Shown: positions 1-9,716, counted from the stretch's first letter. The stretch: 64,000 bases of DNA from an uncultured Bacteroidota bacterium (GCA_903901055.1 CAIUPO010000083.1:30705-94704); one strand, 5' to 3'. Numbers and translations: made by a program. The notes: generated by a model from the sequence alone, not told the origin.

Positions 1-1360
1 CCCCGGCATCGTGAATAAATAATGTTGTATCATCGTACCATTGAGCATTGCGTGTAAATGTTTCTCCAAGACATGCCACACCAATAACAGACATAGCCGA
101 AATAAGAGCGCTTTTTTTACTTATTGGAGGTATTTTTGAAATCGCCTGAAAAAAGTAATACGACAGAATAATTACCAATCCTATTGAAGAATGGAACACA
201 AGCCGCTCACCCATAGTAGCGCCAATGTCCTGAATAAAATTTGAAATCAACAATATATTCAGAAGGAAAAAGAATACGGCAAATGAAAGAATACTCCTTT
301 TTTTCAATAATAAAACGCCCCAAACAGTTATTGCAATGTAAAACAAGATGGATAGGATAACTGTTATATCGGAAAAGTTATGGTACGCTATCTGACTATA
401 TGAGTAATCGCTCGATAATGGATAGGGTGCAAAAAGAAGAACGATATATTTCCCAAGTACAAACCACTCAGTAGCCATTTTTTGAACATGCGTTGCATAG
501 TAATATGGATTGGAAAGAAGATCCGTACTTTGAATATTACTATGGAACCCAACAGCATTACCGCGAAGTACAACATAAATTAAAAACACACCTAAGTAAG
601 GTAGGGTGCCCATAATTATTGCATCGGGTTTTTTATTATCGAGCAAGTAGAATAAGAAAGGTATGAAGAGTACTAAAAGTATTGCATATTCCTTCGCCAA
701 TAAGGCCAGAAGAAATGAGCCCATTCCAATCATAAGGTCTTTCATGTTTTTACCTTGAAAGTACTTCAGACTATAAATAAAAGTCAGCATTATGAATAGA
801 ACCGATAATATTTCATCCAAACTTTTAATGTTGGCTACAACTTCAGTGTGTATTGGGTGAATGGCAAATAAAAACGCTGCTAAAAAGGCCATATCACCAC
901 CCCAAGGAATTTTTTTGAACAAAAACTTTTCAAGAAAAACAAACAAGGCAAGAACACAAGCCATGTATGCAATTATGTTTATTAAGTGGCGGAACCCGGG
1001 AAGCATAGTTGAGTCACCGAAAAGTTGTTGTTCAACAGCAAAAATAATTTCAGATAATGGCCTGAAGCGTCCACCGGACAATTGTTTTGAAGGGTCGCCT
1101 CCCATATCGGAATAAAAACTTGCATAAGAATCATTGGACATTATTTTTGGGATTCCTGAAAGTCCCATTTGCACATACGAATTCCTTACAATGGTGATGT
1201 TGTCATCAAGAGCATACTTGTTGGCAATGGAGTTTGCATACAGAATAAAGCAAACAAGGCATAGTATAATGTACTTCGTTTTTAAAGGAAAAGAGAACAC
1301 TGTTTGCTTAACAAACGGAGGTGGGACAGCTTTAACTTGTTTTTTCACCGGTGTTGCCAC
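1..1360 (-). CDS. GT-C-fold (PMT/ArnT-like, GT39/GT83-type) polytopic membrane protein with C-terminal TPR repeats. Paralog of the next gene; the C-terminus runs off the window edge. Probable GTG or TTG start at 1358-1366.
   Basis: Manual reverse translation gives (M)ATPVKKQVKAVPPPFV...KYALDDNITIVRNSYVQ...QLSGGRFRPLSE..., collinear with the 1363..3357 product (DD motif after TM1, PYPLSSDYSYSQ vs PYPLVSDYSYCQ). It is absent from the ORF track because no in-window stop or ATG exists. Confidence 0.6.
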   Translation of the reverse strand, partial: MATPVKKQVKAVPPPFVKQTVFSFPLKTKYIILCLVCFILYANSIANKYALDDNITIVRNSYVQMGLSGIPKIMSNDSYASFYSDMGGDPSKQLSGGRFRPLSEIIFAVEQQLFGDSTMLPGFRHLINIIAYMACVLALFVFLEKFLFKKIPWGGDMAFLAAFLFAIHPIHTEVVANIKSLDEILSVLFIMLTFIYSLKYFQGKNMKDLMIGMGSFLLALLAKEYAILLVLFIPFLFYLLDNKKPDAIIMGTLPYLGVFLIYVVLRGNAVGFHSNIQSTDLLSNPYYYATHVQKMATEWFVLGKYIVLLFAPYPLSSDYSYSQIAYHNFSDITVILSILFYIAITVWGVLLLKKRSILSFAVFFFLLNILLISNFIQDIGATMGERLVFHSSIGLVIILSYYFFQAISKIPPISKKSALISAMSVIGVACLGETFTRNAQWYDDTTLFIHDAG

Positions 1361-1362
1361 GT

Positions 1363-3357
1363 TCAATCCTTTTTCTTTTTTACGGGAACTAATGCTGACA
1401 ATCCTTGTTTTGCCTGAGCATGATTGGGATTAATTTGCAAGGTCCTGTTCCAGGCATAATAAGCCGAATCGTATTTACCCCAGGTAAAATAAGCTCCTCC
1501 CAAATTGTACCATAACTCTGCATCGTTGGGGTCTACATTAATAGCTTTATACATTTCCTTTGTTGCCCCGGCATAATTACGTTGCCCGCCCATCTTGCTA
1601 CCTAAGGACATATACTGCCTTCCCAACAGGAAAAAATAGTTTGACAATTGCGGATAGCTTGGGTAGTTTTTCCTTACTATTTTCCAATAAACTTCTGCGC
1701 TGTCGGGCATTTGCTGTTCGAAATAAGCATCGCCCAAATTAAGATAGCTGCTTACATAAGCACTTTTCTTATGAAGGTAAATTGACTTCCGCAAATAAAT
1801 AATGGCGGTATCGAGTTTATGTTTCTTTCTAATGCTGTCCTTGGTTTCCTGTGCCAGTTCAATATAGCGGGCACCTGCATTTCCATTCAGCATAATGCTA
1901 TTGGTTCCGATTGTAACATCGTGCGTGAATAGCGTAACATCACTGCGCCAGTCGAGGTTCCGGGCCATTGTTTCATACCCACAAGCAATAACTACTATTG
2001 AAGTAAAAATGAAAACCACTGCCCGTTTTTGTTCCAATTGCATTTTTTTAATGGCCTCAAAGGCGCCATAGGCAACTAAACATACAAACCCAAGTGACGA
2101 ATGGAAAATAAGACGCTCGCCCATTGTAGCACCAATATCCATAAATAAGTTTGATACGATTGCGAGATTGAAAAGATAAAAAGCAACTGCAAATGAAAGC
2201 GGATTCCTTTTAACGAAAAGCCAAATTCCCAATCCCACAATACCACCATACAGAATTACAGTGCCAATCACGGGCAGGCTAAATAAATCCTGATAAGGAA
2301 TCTGGCAATAGGAATAATCGCTTACAAGTGGATAAGGGACAATTAGCAACCAGAGATACTTAAACAAGACAAATAACTCCGTGCCCAGTTTCTGCGTTTT
2401 GCTGGCCAGCAGATATGGGTTATCTAATATCTCATTTGTATAAACGTGACCGTTGAAGCCCACTGCATGCCCACGGATAAAGAGGTAAATAATAAATATC
2501 CCCCAAAAGTAAAGGCATGGCATAAGGTTCTGTACAAAGGTTTTCTTGCGTAAAATGTAAAACATCATGGGTATCATAAACACCATTATAACCGCGTATT
2601 CCTTTGCTAGCAAAGCGAGGAAAAATGTTACAACACCAAAGATAATGTCGATAGGCTGGTTCTTATCCAGAAACCGGAGGCTGAAGATAAATGTGAGGCA
2701 GATGAATAATATTGACAGGATTTCATCCAGACTTTTTACGTTAGCCACCACCTCGGTATGTATGGGATGTATAGCAAAGAGTATGGTTGCCAGAAACGCC
2801 ATATCCTCGCCATATTTGAATTTCTTGAATAAATATTTACTAAGGAAATAGAAGATAACCATTACACATAGCACAAAACAAATAACACTGAAGAAGTGCC
2901 TTATTCCTGCAATAGTAGTGTCGTCATTGTCGCGGGAGATGAAGCGTTCTATGGGCTGTAAGCCATCCCTTACTTTTTCCGGGCCACCGCCCGATTGTGC
3001 AAAAGCCGCGTGTTCAATAGCAAAGATCACTTCTGAAAGCGGGCGATACCTACCTCCTGAAAGCTGTTGCCCGGCATTCATTTCCTTGTAATAACTGTCG
3101 TAAGCATCGGTAGTCATTATGTCGCCGATACCGCTGAAACCTTGTTGGACGTATCGGTTCTTCTCGATTACAATACCATCATCAAGACAGTATTTATTGC
3201 CGAGGGTATCTACATACAGTACAAAACTAAGTAGTGCAACTATGATAAGTTTGATAGAGAAAGAGAACGGAAACACAGGCGTAACAGGCGGTGCTGGGGG
3301 TGCCTGTGCTACTTTAGCCTTCGGAACTGGCCTTGGTGCCGGTTTCTTATTCGCCAT
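1363..3357 (-). CDS. GT-C-like glycosyltransferase-fold membrane protein with a C-terminal TPR domain (PMT/ArnT-like)
   Basis: 664 aa. N-terminal Pro/Ala-rich tail, about 11 predicted TM helices, DD motif in the first loop (YCLDDGIV), and a C-terminal ~200 aa of TPR-like repeats (AYYAWNRTLQINPNHAQA). The start overlaps the upstream stop by 1 nt (TAATG). Confidence 0.7.
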   Translation of the reverse strand: MANKKPAPRPVPKAKVAQAPPAPPVTPVFPFSFSIKLIIVALLSFVLYVDTLGNKYCLDDGIVIEKNRYVQQGFSGIGDIMTTDAYDSYYKEMNAGQQLSGGRYRPLSEVIFAIEHAAFAQSGGGPEKVRDGLQPIERFISRDNDDTTIAGIRHFFSVICFVLCVMVIFYFLSKYLFKKFKYGEDMAFLATILFAIHPIHTEVVANVKSLDEILSILFICLTFIFSLRFLDKNQPIDIIFGVVTFFLALLAKEYAVIMVFMIPMMFYILRKKTFVQNLMPCLYFWGIFIIYLFIRGHAVGFNGHVYTNEILDNPYLLASKTQKLGTELFVLFKYLWLLIVPYPLVSDYSYCQIPYQDLFSLPVIGTVILYGGIVGLGIWLFVKRNPLSFAVAFYLFNLAIVSNLFMDIGATMGERLIFHSSLGFVCLVAYGAFEAIKKMQLEQKRAVVFIFTSIVVIACGYETMARNLDWRSDVTLFTHDVTIGTNSIMLNGNAGARYIELAQETKDSIRKKHKLDTAIIYLRKSIYLHKKSAYVSSYLNLGDAYFEQQMPDSAEVYWKIVRKNYPSYPQLSNYFFLLGRQYMSLGSKMGGQRNYAGATKEMYKAINVDPNDAELWYNLGGAYFTWGKYDSAYYAWNRTLQINPNHAQAKQGLSALVPVKKKKD

Positions 3358-3926
3358 TATTGGTAAACAAGTTTAAACTGCAACCTCTTTACTGTTCCGC
3401 GGTAGTTCTTGCGGATGTTTTTGTCGAGCATGGCAATGTCTTTATATTGCTGGAACATTTCTATCAGAATCATATCGAAGGCCGAACTTTCGACAAAGTT
3501 AATTTCTGTTTCGAAACCACAAACACCCAATGCCCCGGTATGTTGTAAAAACCGACGGATATTTTTCTCTTCGGTGTTCAGGGTTTTGCAACTTCCAAAG
3601 TGGATTATCTTATCGTGGCAACTGTCCTGCAGCATATCTGCAAGTTCGTCGAGGGTTACAAATTCCTTTCCCACTTGTATGCTTTCCGGTTGGCCATGAA
3701 ATGCAAAGTAACAAATGGAGTAATCTTTATATTTCTTTTGTTGCCAAAGCGAAAGATAGTACTCAAGATTTTCCCTTGTGCCGCACTGCTTGTAGATGTA
3801 GTTTATCTTGCAATTCTGTTCCAGAAAATTCAGGGCTGCCCGAACACTCGAATTGTCGCGTAAATCTTTTTGCCAGTCCCCTTCCAAACAAAAAACGTAT
3901 TTCCTATAGTACTGTGCTAAGCTCAT
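3357..3926 (-). CDS. Hypothetical cytoplasmic protein with a possible caspase/CHAT-like His...Cys arrangement (FAFHGQ ... IIHFGSCKT). The longest ORF starts with TTG at 3971; the ATG at 3926 is the more likely start.
   Basis: ORF track 3357..3971. Translationally coupled to the downstream GT-C/TPR gene. No recognisable family by eye. Confidence 0.5.
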   Translation of the reverse strand: MSLAQYYRKYVFCLEGDWQKDLRDNSSVRAALNFLEQNCKINYIYKQCGTRENLEYYLSLWQQKKYKDYSICYFAFHGQPESIQVGKEFVTLDELADMLQDSCHDKIIHFGSCKTLNTEEKNIRRFLQHTGALGVCGFETEINFVESSAFDMILIEMFQQYKDIAMLDKNIRKNYRGTVKRLQFKLVYQ

Positions 3927-3971
3927 ATCTTTAACTGTGTGAGGGGCAAAAATAGGAAATTGCAAGTACAA

Positions 3972-4002
3972 GTGGTCAGTTGACAGTGGTCAGTGGTCAG
4001 TT
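3972..4002. repeat. Tandem GGTCAGT-type heptamer array (GTGGTCAGT TGACAGT GGTCAGT GGTCAGT) about 45 bp upstream of the 3926 start
   Basis: Direct reading. The same heptamer family builds the long hairpin upstream of hisS at 29954-30049. Confidence 0.6.
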
Positions 4003-4117
4003 AAATGTTATTAATAATGGGGTAAAGGGCGATTTTCGCCCTTATGAACCCCATACAGGTCGCGGTATTACTATCTGATATATAGGATAATTGCAATGAA
4101 TTACCCCTGCAAATGCT

Positions 4118-5311
4118 TTAGTTTCGGGATTTATGGGCAGAAGCCTTATGAAACCTTCTGTTGGATGCCATTTCGCTGAAACCCGAGTTTTTGGTCATTT
4201 CAATAAGGCCACCCTGGGCTATTTGCGAGCTATTGCCTCCAAACTCATACACACTTTCTACTATTGCCGATGAAACTGTATATCTGAATATTACACCTGC
4301 ATCGCCGGAAATGCCACCCTTTTTGGTAACACCATATATATTACCATCGGTGGCCATTGAAAGGGTGCCCATTGGGTTAGCCCCGTTTGTATCGTTAAAG
4401 TTCACAAGTACAGCTATTTTGCCCGATTCATTGCAACGGAAAAGAGTTCCGAAATTAGATGCTCCGCCTGTATAGGTGGTTCCATATAGGTATCCGTCGC
4501 CTGTATTAAGTAGGCTGCCCAAGGGTTCTGAGCCTGTGGATGCGCTGAAACTATTGAGCATATTGAATTTACCCGATGTAGAGCATGAGAAAATAACCCC
4601 TGTTTCGTTGACGCCGCCCATAAAGGTAAGGCCATATAAAAGGCTGTCTCTTACTATAGTAACATTGCCCTGAGGCTGGCTGCCATCAATACCATTAAAA
4701 CTATGCAACACTGTCAAACCATCAAAAGGGGAGTATTTGAATATCTCGCCCTGATCGTTTGCGCCACCAAGGCGGGTCATGCCGTAAAAGTACCCGTCTT
4801 TGCCCTCTTTCAGGCTGCCGAGGGGATAAGCCCCATTGGTTTTATTGAAACTCACCAATATGGTTACCTCGCCATCGGGGGTACATTTGAAGATAGTGCC
4901 TACATCGGCGGCACCACCTGCGTTGGTCATGCCATATAGGTTACCATCGGAGCTGAGGATAAGGCTGCCAGTAGGGCCTGCGCCCAAAGCACTGGTAAAG
5001 TCAACCAGCTTGTCGGCGCTATGGTGCTGGATATCGTAACGGAACAGGGTACCCATGCCGTTTGTGCCGCAACCTGCGGTAACTCCGTAAAGGCAGTTAT
5101 TAATGGTGTCTTGCACTATGCCACCTGTAGGGGTGCACCCGGTTACACCTTCATTAAAGTTAAAAAGGGTTTCAATGTTTCCTGTGGAGTTAACGGTGAA
5201 TAAGGTGCCGTGATTGCTGTAACCGCCTTTGGGCGAGAGGCCCACCATGGTTACCTGGGCATTACTGATGCCGAAGGATACGGCAAATAGAATTACGAGT
5301 AGCTTTTTCAT
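4118..5311 (-). CDS. Secreted Gloeo_Verruco (GloVer) tandem-repeat beta-propeller-like protein
   Basis: Signal peptide MKKLLVILFAVSFGISNA. About 10 repeats of LYG(V/M/T)Txx GGxxxxG(T/V)(L/I)F(K/R). Confidence 0.7.
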   Translation of the reverse strand: MKKLLVILFAVSFGISNAQVTMVGLSPKGGYSNHGTLFTVNSTGNIETLFNFNEGVTGCTPTGGIVQDTINNCLYGVTAGCGTNGMGTLFRYDIQHHSADKLVDFTSALGAGPTGSLILSSDGNLYGMTNAGGAADVGTIFKCTPDGEVTILVSFNKTNGAYPLGSLKEGKDGYFYGMTRLGGANDQGEIFKYSPFDGLTVLHSFNGIDGSQPQGNVTIVRDSLLYGLTFMGGVNETGVIFSCSTSGKFNMLNSFSASTGSEPLGSLLNTGDGYLYGTTYTGGASNFGTLFRCNESGKIAVLVNFNDTNGANPMGTLSMATDGNIYGVTKKGGISGDAGVIFRYTVSSAIVESVYEFGGNSSQIAQGGLIEMTKNSGFSEMASNRRFHKASAHKSRN

Positions 5312-5464
5312 CTTTGGTTTTAATACTGTTTAGTGACCTTTACTACGGCCTAAACCAAAGATTGGTACAGATAGTTGTGAACATACCACCTGCCTTACCA
5401 AAAAACACCCTTTTTATGGATTGTTAATAACCCAAAAAAGGAGGAGATTTTCCGGATTTCAGTA

Positions 5465-5535
5465 TAAAATAACAGGAACTTAACAGGAGCAATAACAGAG
5501 AGATAACAGGCGCATTACAGGGGCAATAACAGGAA
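5465..5535. repeat. Iteron-like array. Six direct copies of (A/T)AACAG(G/A) phased at 10-13 bp, plus a near-palindrome CCTGTTATTAACAGG at about 5585-5600.
   Basis: AAATAACAGGAACTTAACAGGAGCAATAACAGAGAGATAACAGGCGCATTACAGGGGCAATAACAGG read directly. Further AACAGA copies at about 5603 and 5756. Confidence 0.55.
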
Positions 5536-5959
5536 ACGGAGTTATTAACACAGATTGAATATGAAGTAGTTGCAAAATTTTTTCCTGTTATTAACAGGCC
5601 AGAACAGAGAACGACTAAACTCAAAACTCCCCAAATTTGATTGAAATATGCCGTGCTCTTTTTATTCATAATGTAAAGATAAAGCATCCAATGTGTGTTT
5701 CCACAAAAGTCATTGACCAGTCGGAGCCCGACTGGCAATAATTAAATTAACAAGGATAACAGAGAGCAAATGACACTAAGTAGAGGGACCGAATTAGTGT
5801 CAGAGCTGTATAATAATTTTTGAATTTGAATACGGGAGTTTTCCCGGGGTAGGGATGGGATTAATCACAGGAAAATGAACGGGGGAGATGATTTAGATTT
5901 GCGCAATACCTTTAAGGGTTATGTTTTTTGATAAATAAGCAACTTTAAATTAAAATTTT

Positions 5960-6250
5960 ATGGCAAGTTTTATTGTAAGAATTGTGCTTCACTCCAAACC
6001 TCCAGAACATGCAGATTATGATAAATTACATGATGCAATGGAAGATACAGGATTTTCTAGGCAGATAGATAATGATGAGGATGGAGTCTGGTATCATTTG
6101 CCTCCAGCAGAATATATAATTGAAGGCTCCTATACCTTACCTCAAGTTTGTAATAAAGCAAAAGCAGCCGCTAAATCAGTAGATCCAAAATATGGTATCT
6201 TAACTGCTGAAGTAACTAATTATAGGTGGATTGGTCTCGAACCTGTTTAA
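5960..6250 (+). CDS. Hypothetical small protein (96 aa), probably a split beta-alpha-beta (ferredoxin-like) fold
   Basis: Intact ORF in an AT-rich islet. Alternating strand/helix pattern (FIVRIVLHS ... EHADYDKLHDAMEDTGF ... WYHLPPAEYIIEG). No family recognised. Confidence 0.45.
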   Translation: MASFIVRIVLHSKPPEHADYDKLHDAMEDTGFSRQIDNDEDGVWYHLPPAEYIIEGSYTLPQVCNKAKAAAKSVDPKYGILTAEVTNYRWIGLEPV

Positions 6251-6328
6251 GATATTTTTTTATACTCTTAAAAAAATAGTGTTGAATATTTGCTGAAATT
6301 CATATCACATATTTATTATTTTTGAAAT

Positions 6329-7480
6329 ATGAAAAAGACCATTTTCCTTCTTTTTTTAATTGCAACTCATTGTTATTCATTTTGCCAGACTACCCAAGAA
6401 GTTGTATCTCTTTATTCCAAGCAACAATACTATCTCAATGGGGCTACTATGGCTGCTTTAAATGGTAAATCCCGTATTTATCTAGAAGTAAATTTACCAC
6501 AAAATACGGTTGAATGGTATTATGTTCTTACAACTTCACCGAATACGGTAGAGCAACCAAACATAGAGCTCGCTGCTCAACTAACTAAACTAATTGACCA
6601 TACTGGGCTGACTGCCATAGCTGTTAGTGCATTAATGGCTCCAACTGGTTCTGGGAATGTAGATGTCTATTTAATTAATGATGCATCAAATGTAAATAAA
6701 TTTATAAACAAGGACGATTTATGGGGAAGTGGATTTAACTATGTTTCTTCCGATTCCAGGCAAAACTTTATACAAGGAGCAGTGCAAATTAAAGATGCAA
6801 TTAGTGGAACTGTTTACATAGGAATTAGGAACCCAAGTATGAAACAAGGAGTATATGTAACTATTGAAGTTGCTGCAATTGTGAAGAAAGAGGATCTAAA
6901 TGTTTGGTCAAAAGAGCAGAAAGATACAGTTTACAATAGTTTCTATAGTGCGTTATTAAATAATGGCATTTCTGAAAATAATGCAAAGGAACTTTCAACT
7001 TGCATAATAGAAAACCTAACTTCTCAAAAAACACCAGCAGAACTCGATGGAATGTCTAAAAATGAAGTCAATGATTTGATTTTGACAATTTCAAAAAAAT
7101 GCAAAGAAAATATGCAAGGAGGTCCTAAAACACAAGAGCAGGAGAAAGCTGTTACTTATGGAAATTTAGGTTGGAATGCATATCAGAATGGTGAAATAGA
7201 TAGGTGTATTGAATTAAGTAAAAAGGCTATTGGCATTGATAGTACCTTAGGATGGGTTAAAACTAATCTTGGGCTTTGCTGCCTGATAAAAGGCGATGAA
7301 TCTGCGGCTACTGATTACTACGTGGATGCTATTTCTGCAATAAAAAATGATAAGCTAAGTGTTAAAAAATATTTCGAAGCAGCAATTCAAGATATTAATG
7401 ATGCATTAAAAAAATATCCTGACTTAAAAGGATATAAGGACATAGAAGATTTATTGCAAACGGAATTACGCAACTACTAA
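6329..7480 (+). CDS. Secreted hypothetical protein with C-terminal TPR-like repeats
   Basis: Signal peptide MKKTIFLLFLIATHCYSFCQ. C-terminal YGNLGWNAYQNGEIDRCIELSKKAIGIDSTLGWVKTNLGLCCLIKGD is TPR-like. AT-rich codon usage relative to its neighbours. Confidence 0.6.
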   Translation: MKKTIFLLFLIATHCYSFCQTTQEVVSLYSKQQYYLNGATMAALNGKSRIYLEVNLPQNTVEWYYVLTTSPNTVEQPNIELAAQLTKLIDHTGLTAIAVSALMAPTGSGNVDVYLINDASNVNKFINKDDLWGSGFNYVSSDSRQNFIQGAVQIKDAISGTVYIGIRNPSMKQGVYVTIEVAAIVKKEDLNVWSKEQKDTVYNSFYSALLNNGISENNAKELSTCIIENLTSQKTPAELDGMSKNEVNDLILTISKKCKENMQGGPKTQEQEKAVTYGNLGWNAYQNGEIDRCIELSKKAIGIDSTLGWVKTNLGLCCLIKGDESAATDYYVDAISAIKNDKLSVKKYFEAAIQDINDALKKYPDLKGYKDIEDLLQTELRNY

Positions 7481-7599
7481 AGTTAAGTTTCTTTATTCTC
7501 AATTTCCCAGTACCCGTGAAGTTGTACTTCGTGGGTTAGTAACCATTTAAGCTTTACTTTAGTAAGTTCATAACCATCTCGCCCTTACAGGGCTTAAAA

Positions 7600-7900
7600 T
7601 ATTGTGTGTAATTATAACGCAGGGCTTCACCCTGCGCTATTGAGATGCCGCCCCTTCGGGACTTGTGAGGAGATAGTTGCATGAGAATATAAAGGTGTTC
7701 AAAAAGCCCCAACGGGGCAATATCAAATAACGCAGGGTGAAGCCCTGCGAGAAATGCAACCCACCCCTACCCCTCCTCCATAGGAGGGGAATGCGTGAGG
7801 GATAGTAGTGGAAAGCCCGTAAACTGCCGAAAACAGAGATTTCCACGTTCCGCGAAAACGCCGGAACTCGCAATGACGGCAGGGCGGGGTTGAAGCCGAA
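7600..7900. repeat. Cluster of GC-rich REP-like hairpins and dispersed repeat modules (GCAGGGcttcacCCTGC, CCCACCCCTACCCCTCC, GTGAGGGATAGTAGTGGAAAGCCCG)
   Basis: Modules recur at 10770-11035 with 1-2 substitutions. Several perfect 5-8 bp stem hairpins. Confidence 0.6.
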
Positions 7901-7999
7901 GGCGACTACGAAGGCAAGTAAAAAATAAGTCCCTCAAACCGTGAAGTAATACTTCAATGGAATGAGGGACCTAATGCTTTGACTTATTAAATTACTTAT

Positions 8000-9466
8000 C
8001 TATTGCTTGGAAATTTTTTGATAAAAATTACCGTTCGCAGTTCTTACTTCAATAAGATATATACCACTTGACAGGCTACTGATATCAATACTTTCGATAG
8101 AATTTCTTACCACACCTGAATAATTCTGTGAGTTAAGAACCCTTCCACTCATATCATAGATTGTGATTGTTTGGAGTGAGCCGGAAATGTTTGATAAATC
8201 AACATTGATTTGATTTTTTGCAGGATTCGGATAAACTCTTATTCCATCTTTTGCAAGCAATTCATTCAGACCAAGAGATGCTTTTTGAGATGTAAAAGTG
8301 AGGTTATCAATCTTAAATGTTGAACCTAAATAAGGTGTATATTGTGCATTTGTGGTGTCATGATTATGGGCAGATGAAATTATATCAATCATAACAGTAT
8401 CGGGCATCTGCGCTAAGTTAAAAGGAACCGTAGCGTAAGTCCATGATGTTACATTATTAAAGACAATAAAATTTGTTCCATATATATTTTGCCCGTTCTT
8501 AACAAAATTCAGATATATAGCAGCAGTATCAGCAGAAACCGGAGTGTACTTGTACCAAAACTGAAGCGTATCTATTTGTGTAGTATAAGGGAAACCGCCT
8601 AGTTCATGGCACATGCCATGGCAATTAGGGTAGTAACCTGTACTTATCTGTCCGGGTTGTGCTCCGCCATTAATGGAATTTACTGTAGACACTTGAAGAG
8701 CATAACTACCTGCATGCCTATCGGATGTTTGAGTAATGCCCGGATAATTTATATACCATCCCGGAGGAATTTTTGCGGTATCTGTATTCCAATTCTCAAA
8801 GTTTCCGTTCAACTTTGCAGGCTGATTGCTTCCCACTCCGGTAAAGGTAACGCTATCAATTACCAAAGTGCTTCCAGGCACTACTCCTTTACTGTAACTT
8901 TTGCTGGACTGATTATTAAAAATTGCAAGTGAAGAAACGGCTCCAAAAATTACGGTATCAGGAGTTTGAGTTAATGGATGAGTTGTATAATACGAGCGAA
9001 GCGTATAGGTGGATGTTGACTGTGAACTTGGGATAACAAGCAGAAAGGAATCGATGATATTTCCTGCAAGTTTAAACATAACAAAAACTGCTCCGGTATC
9101 TACTCCCGCAGTAGTGTATTTATACCAAAACCTTAAACCAGTTGGTTTTTGAGCATAAGGTATTCCTCCGTCAAGTCCATTTCGGCCTACATTGGCATCA
9201 ACAATCAAGCCTGGTAATGTGTCAGTTCCATTCAGTACCGAAGCTATTTGAACGCCATAGCTTCCATATTTTCCGGCAGTTTGGGTTACGTTAGGCACAT
9301 AGGATGATGAAATTGTGCTATTGAATAACAGATTGGATGTGTTAAAATAATTCGGTGATTCTATGAGTGTCGTGTTCCAAACCTCAAACCCCCCATCGGG
9401 GATGGATTGCGCTGAGATTGCACCAATAGCAAATAATGCAACAGCAAATGATAGTATTTTTTTCAT
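8000..9466 (-). CDS. T9SS-secreted protein with two tandem copies of a ~190-aa domain and a type-A Por_Secre_tail C-terminal domain
   Basis: Signal peptide MKKILSFAVALFAIGAISAQS. Internal duplication (GGFEVWNT...RFWYKYT vs GNFENWNT...QFWYKYT). C-terminal VYPNPAKNQINVDL...GIYLIEVRTANGNFYQKISKQ. Confidence 0.8.
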   Translation of the reverse strand: MKKILSFAVALFAIGAISAQSIPDGGFEVWNTTLIESPNYFNTSNLLFNSTISSSYVPNVTQTAGKYGSYGVQIASVLNGTDTLPGLIVDANVGRNGLDGGIPYAQKPTGLRFWYKYTTAGVDTGAVFVMFKLAGNIIDSFLLVIPSSQSTSTYTLRSYYTTHPLTQTPDTVIFGAVSSLAIFNNQSSKSYSKGVVPGSTLVIDSVTFTGVGSNQPAKLNGNFENWNTDTAKIPPGWYINYPGITQTSDRHAGSYALQVSTVNSINGGAQPGQISTGYYPNCHGMCHELGGFPYTTQIDTLQFWYKYTPVSADTAAIYLNFVKNGQNIYGTNFIVFNNVTSWTYATVPFNLAQMPDTVMIDIISSAHNHDTTNAQYTPYLGSTFKIDNLTFTSQKASLGLNELLAKDGIRVYPNPAKNQINVDLSNISGSLQTITIYDMSGRVLNSQNYSGVVRNSIESIDISSLSSGIYLIEVRTANGNFYQKISKQ

Positions 9467-9716
9467 AATATTTTTTTTAAAAAGTTGGTTTTTGAATATT
9501 CTTTAATGTTGCAAAAATACTTCGGCATACAAGCGTCTTTTATGAGCGTTATCATCATAAATTGTGAGAATCATCAGGAACCACTATACGTAAATATTTT
9601 TCACTGTAAAACACCAGGTAACAAACATCAACCATATTGGCTCTAGCTACTACTTTAATGTGAATGGATTCCCGTTGTTAACTGTATATCTTTGGTGAAT
9701 CATTAAAACCCAACTT

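Noticed and set aside
861-1433. Plus-strand ORFs 861..1115 and 1134..1433
   Set aside because: They are antisense to the partial GT-C/TPR paralog whose reading frame is continuous on the minus strand.
3409-3934. Several plus-strand ORFs (3409..3699, 3530..3934, 3600..3863) opposite the small His/Cys protein gene
   Set aside because: They overlap each other and the better-supported minus-strand gene that is coupled to its neighbours.
5424-5738. 104-aa ORF on the minus strand and the possibility that the AACAGG repeat block is a CRISPR array
   Set aside because: The ORF is low-complexity and lies entirely within the repeat-rich non-coding region. The repeats are 6-8 bp with 10-13-bp phasing and no spacer-like unique segments, so this is not CRISPR. 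I recorded it as an iteron-like array instead.
7637-7873. 78-aa ORF inside the REP-like hairpin cluster
   Set aside because: It is composed of repeat modules with an Arg/Gly/Pro-rich translation. It is most likely non-coding.
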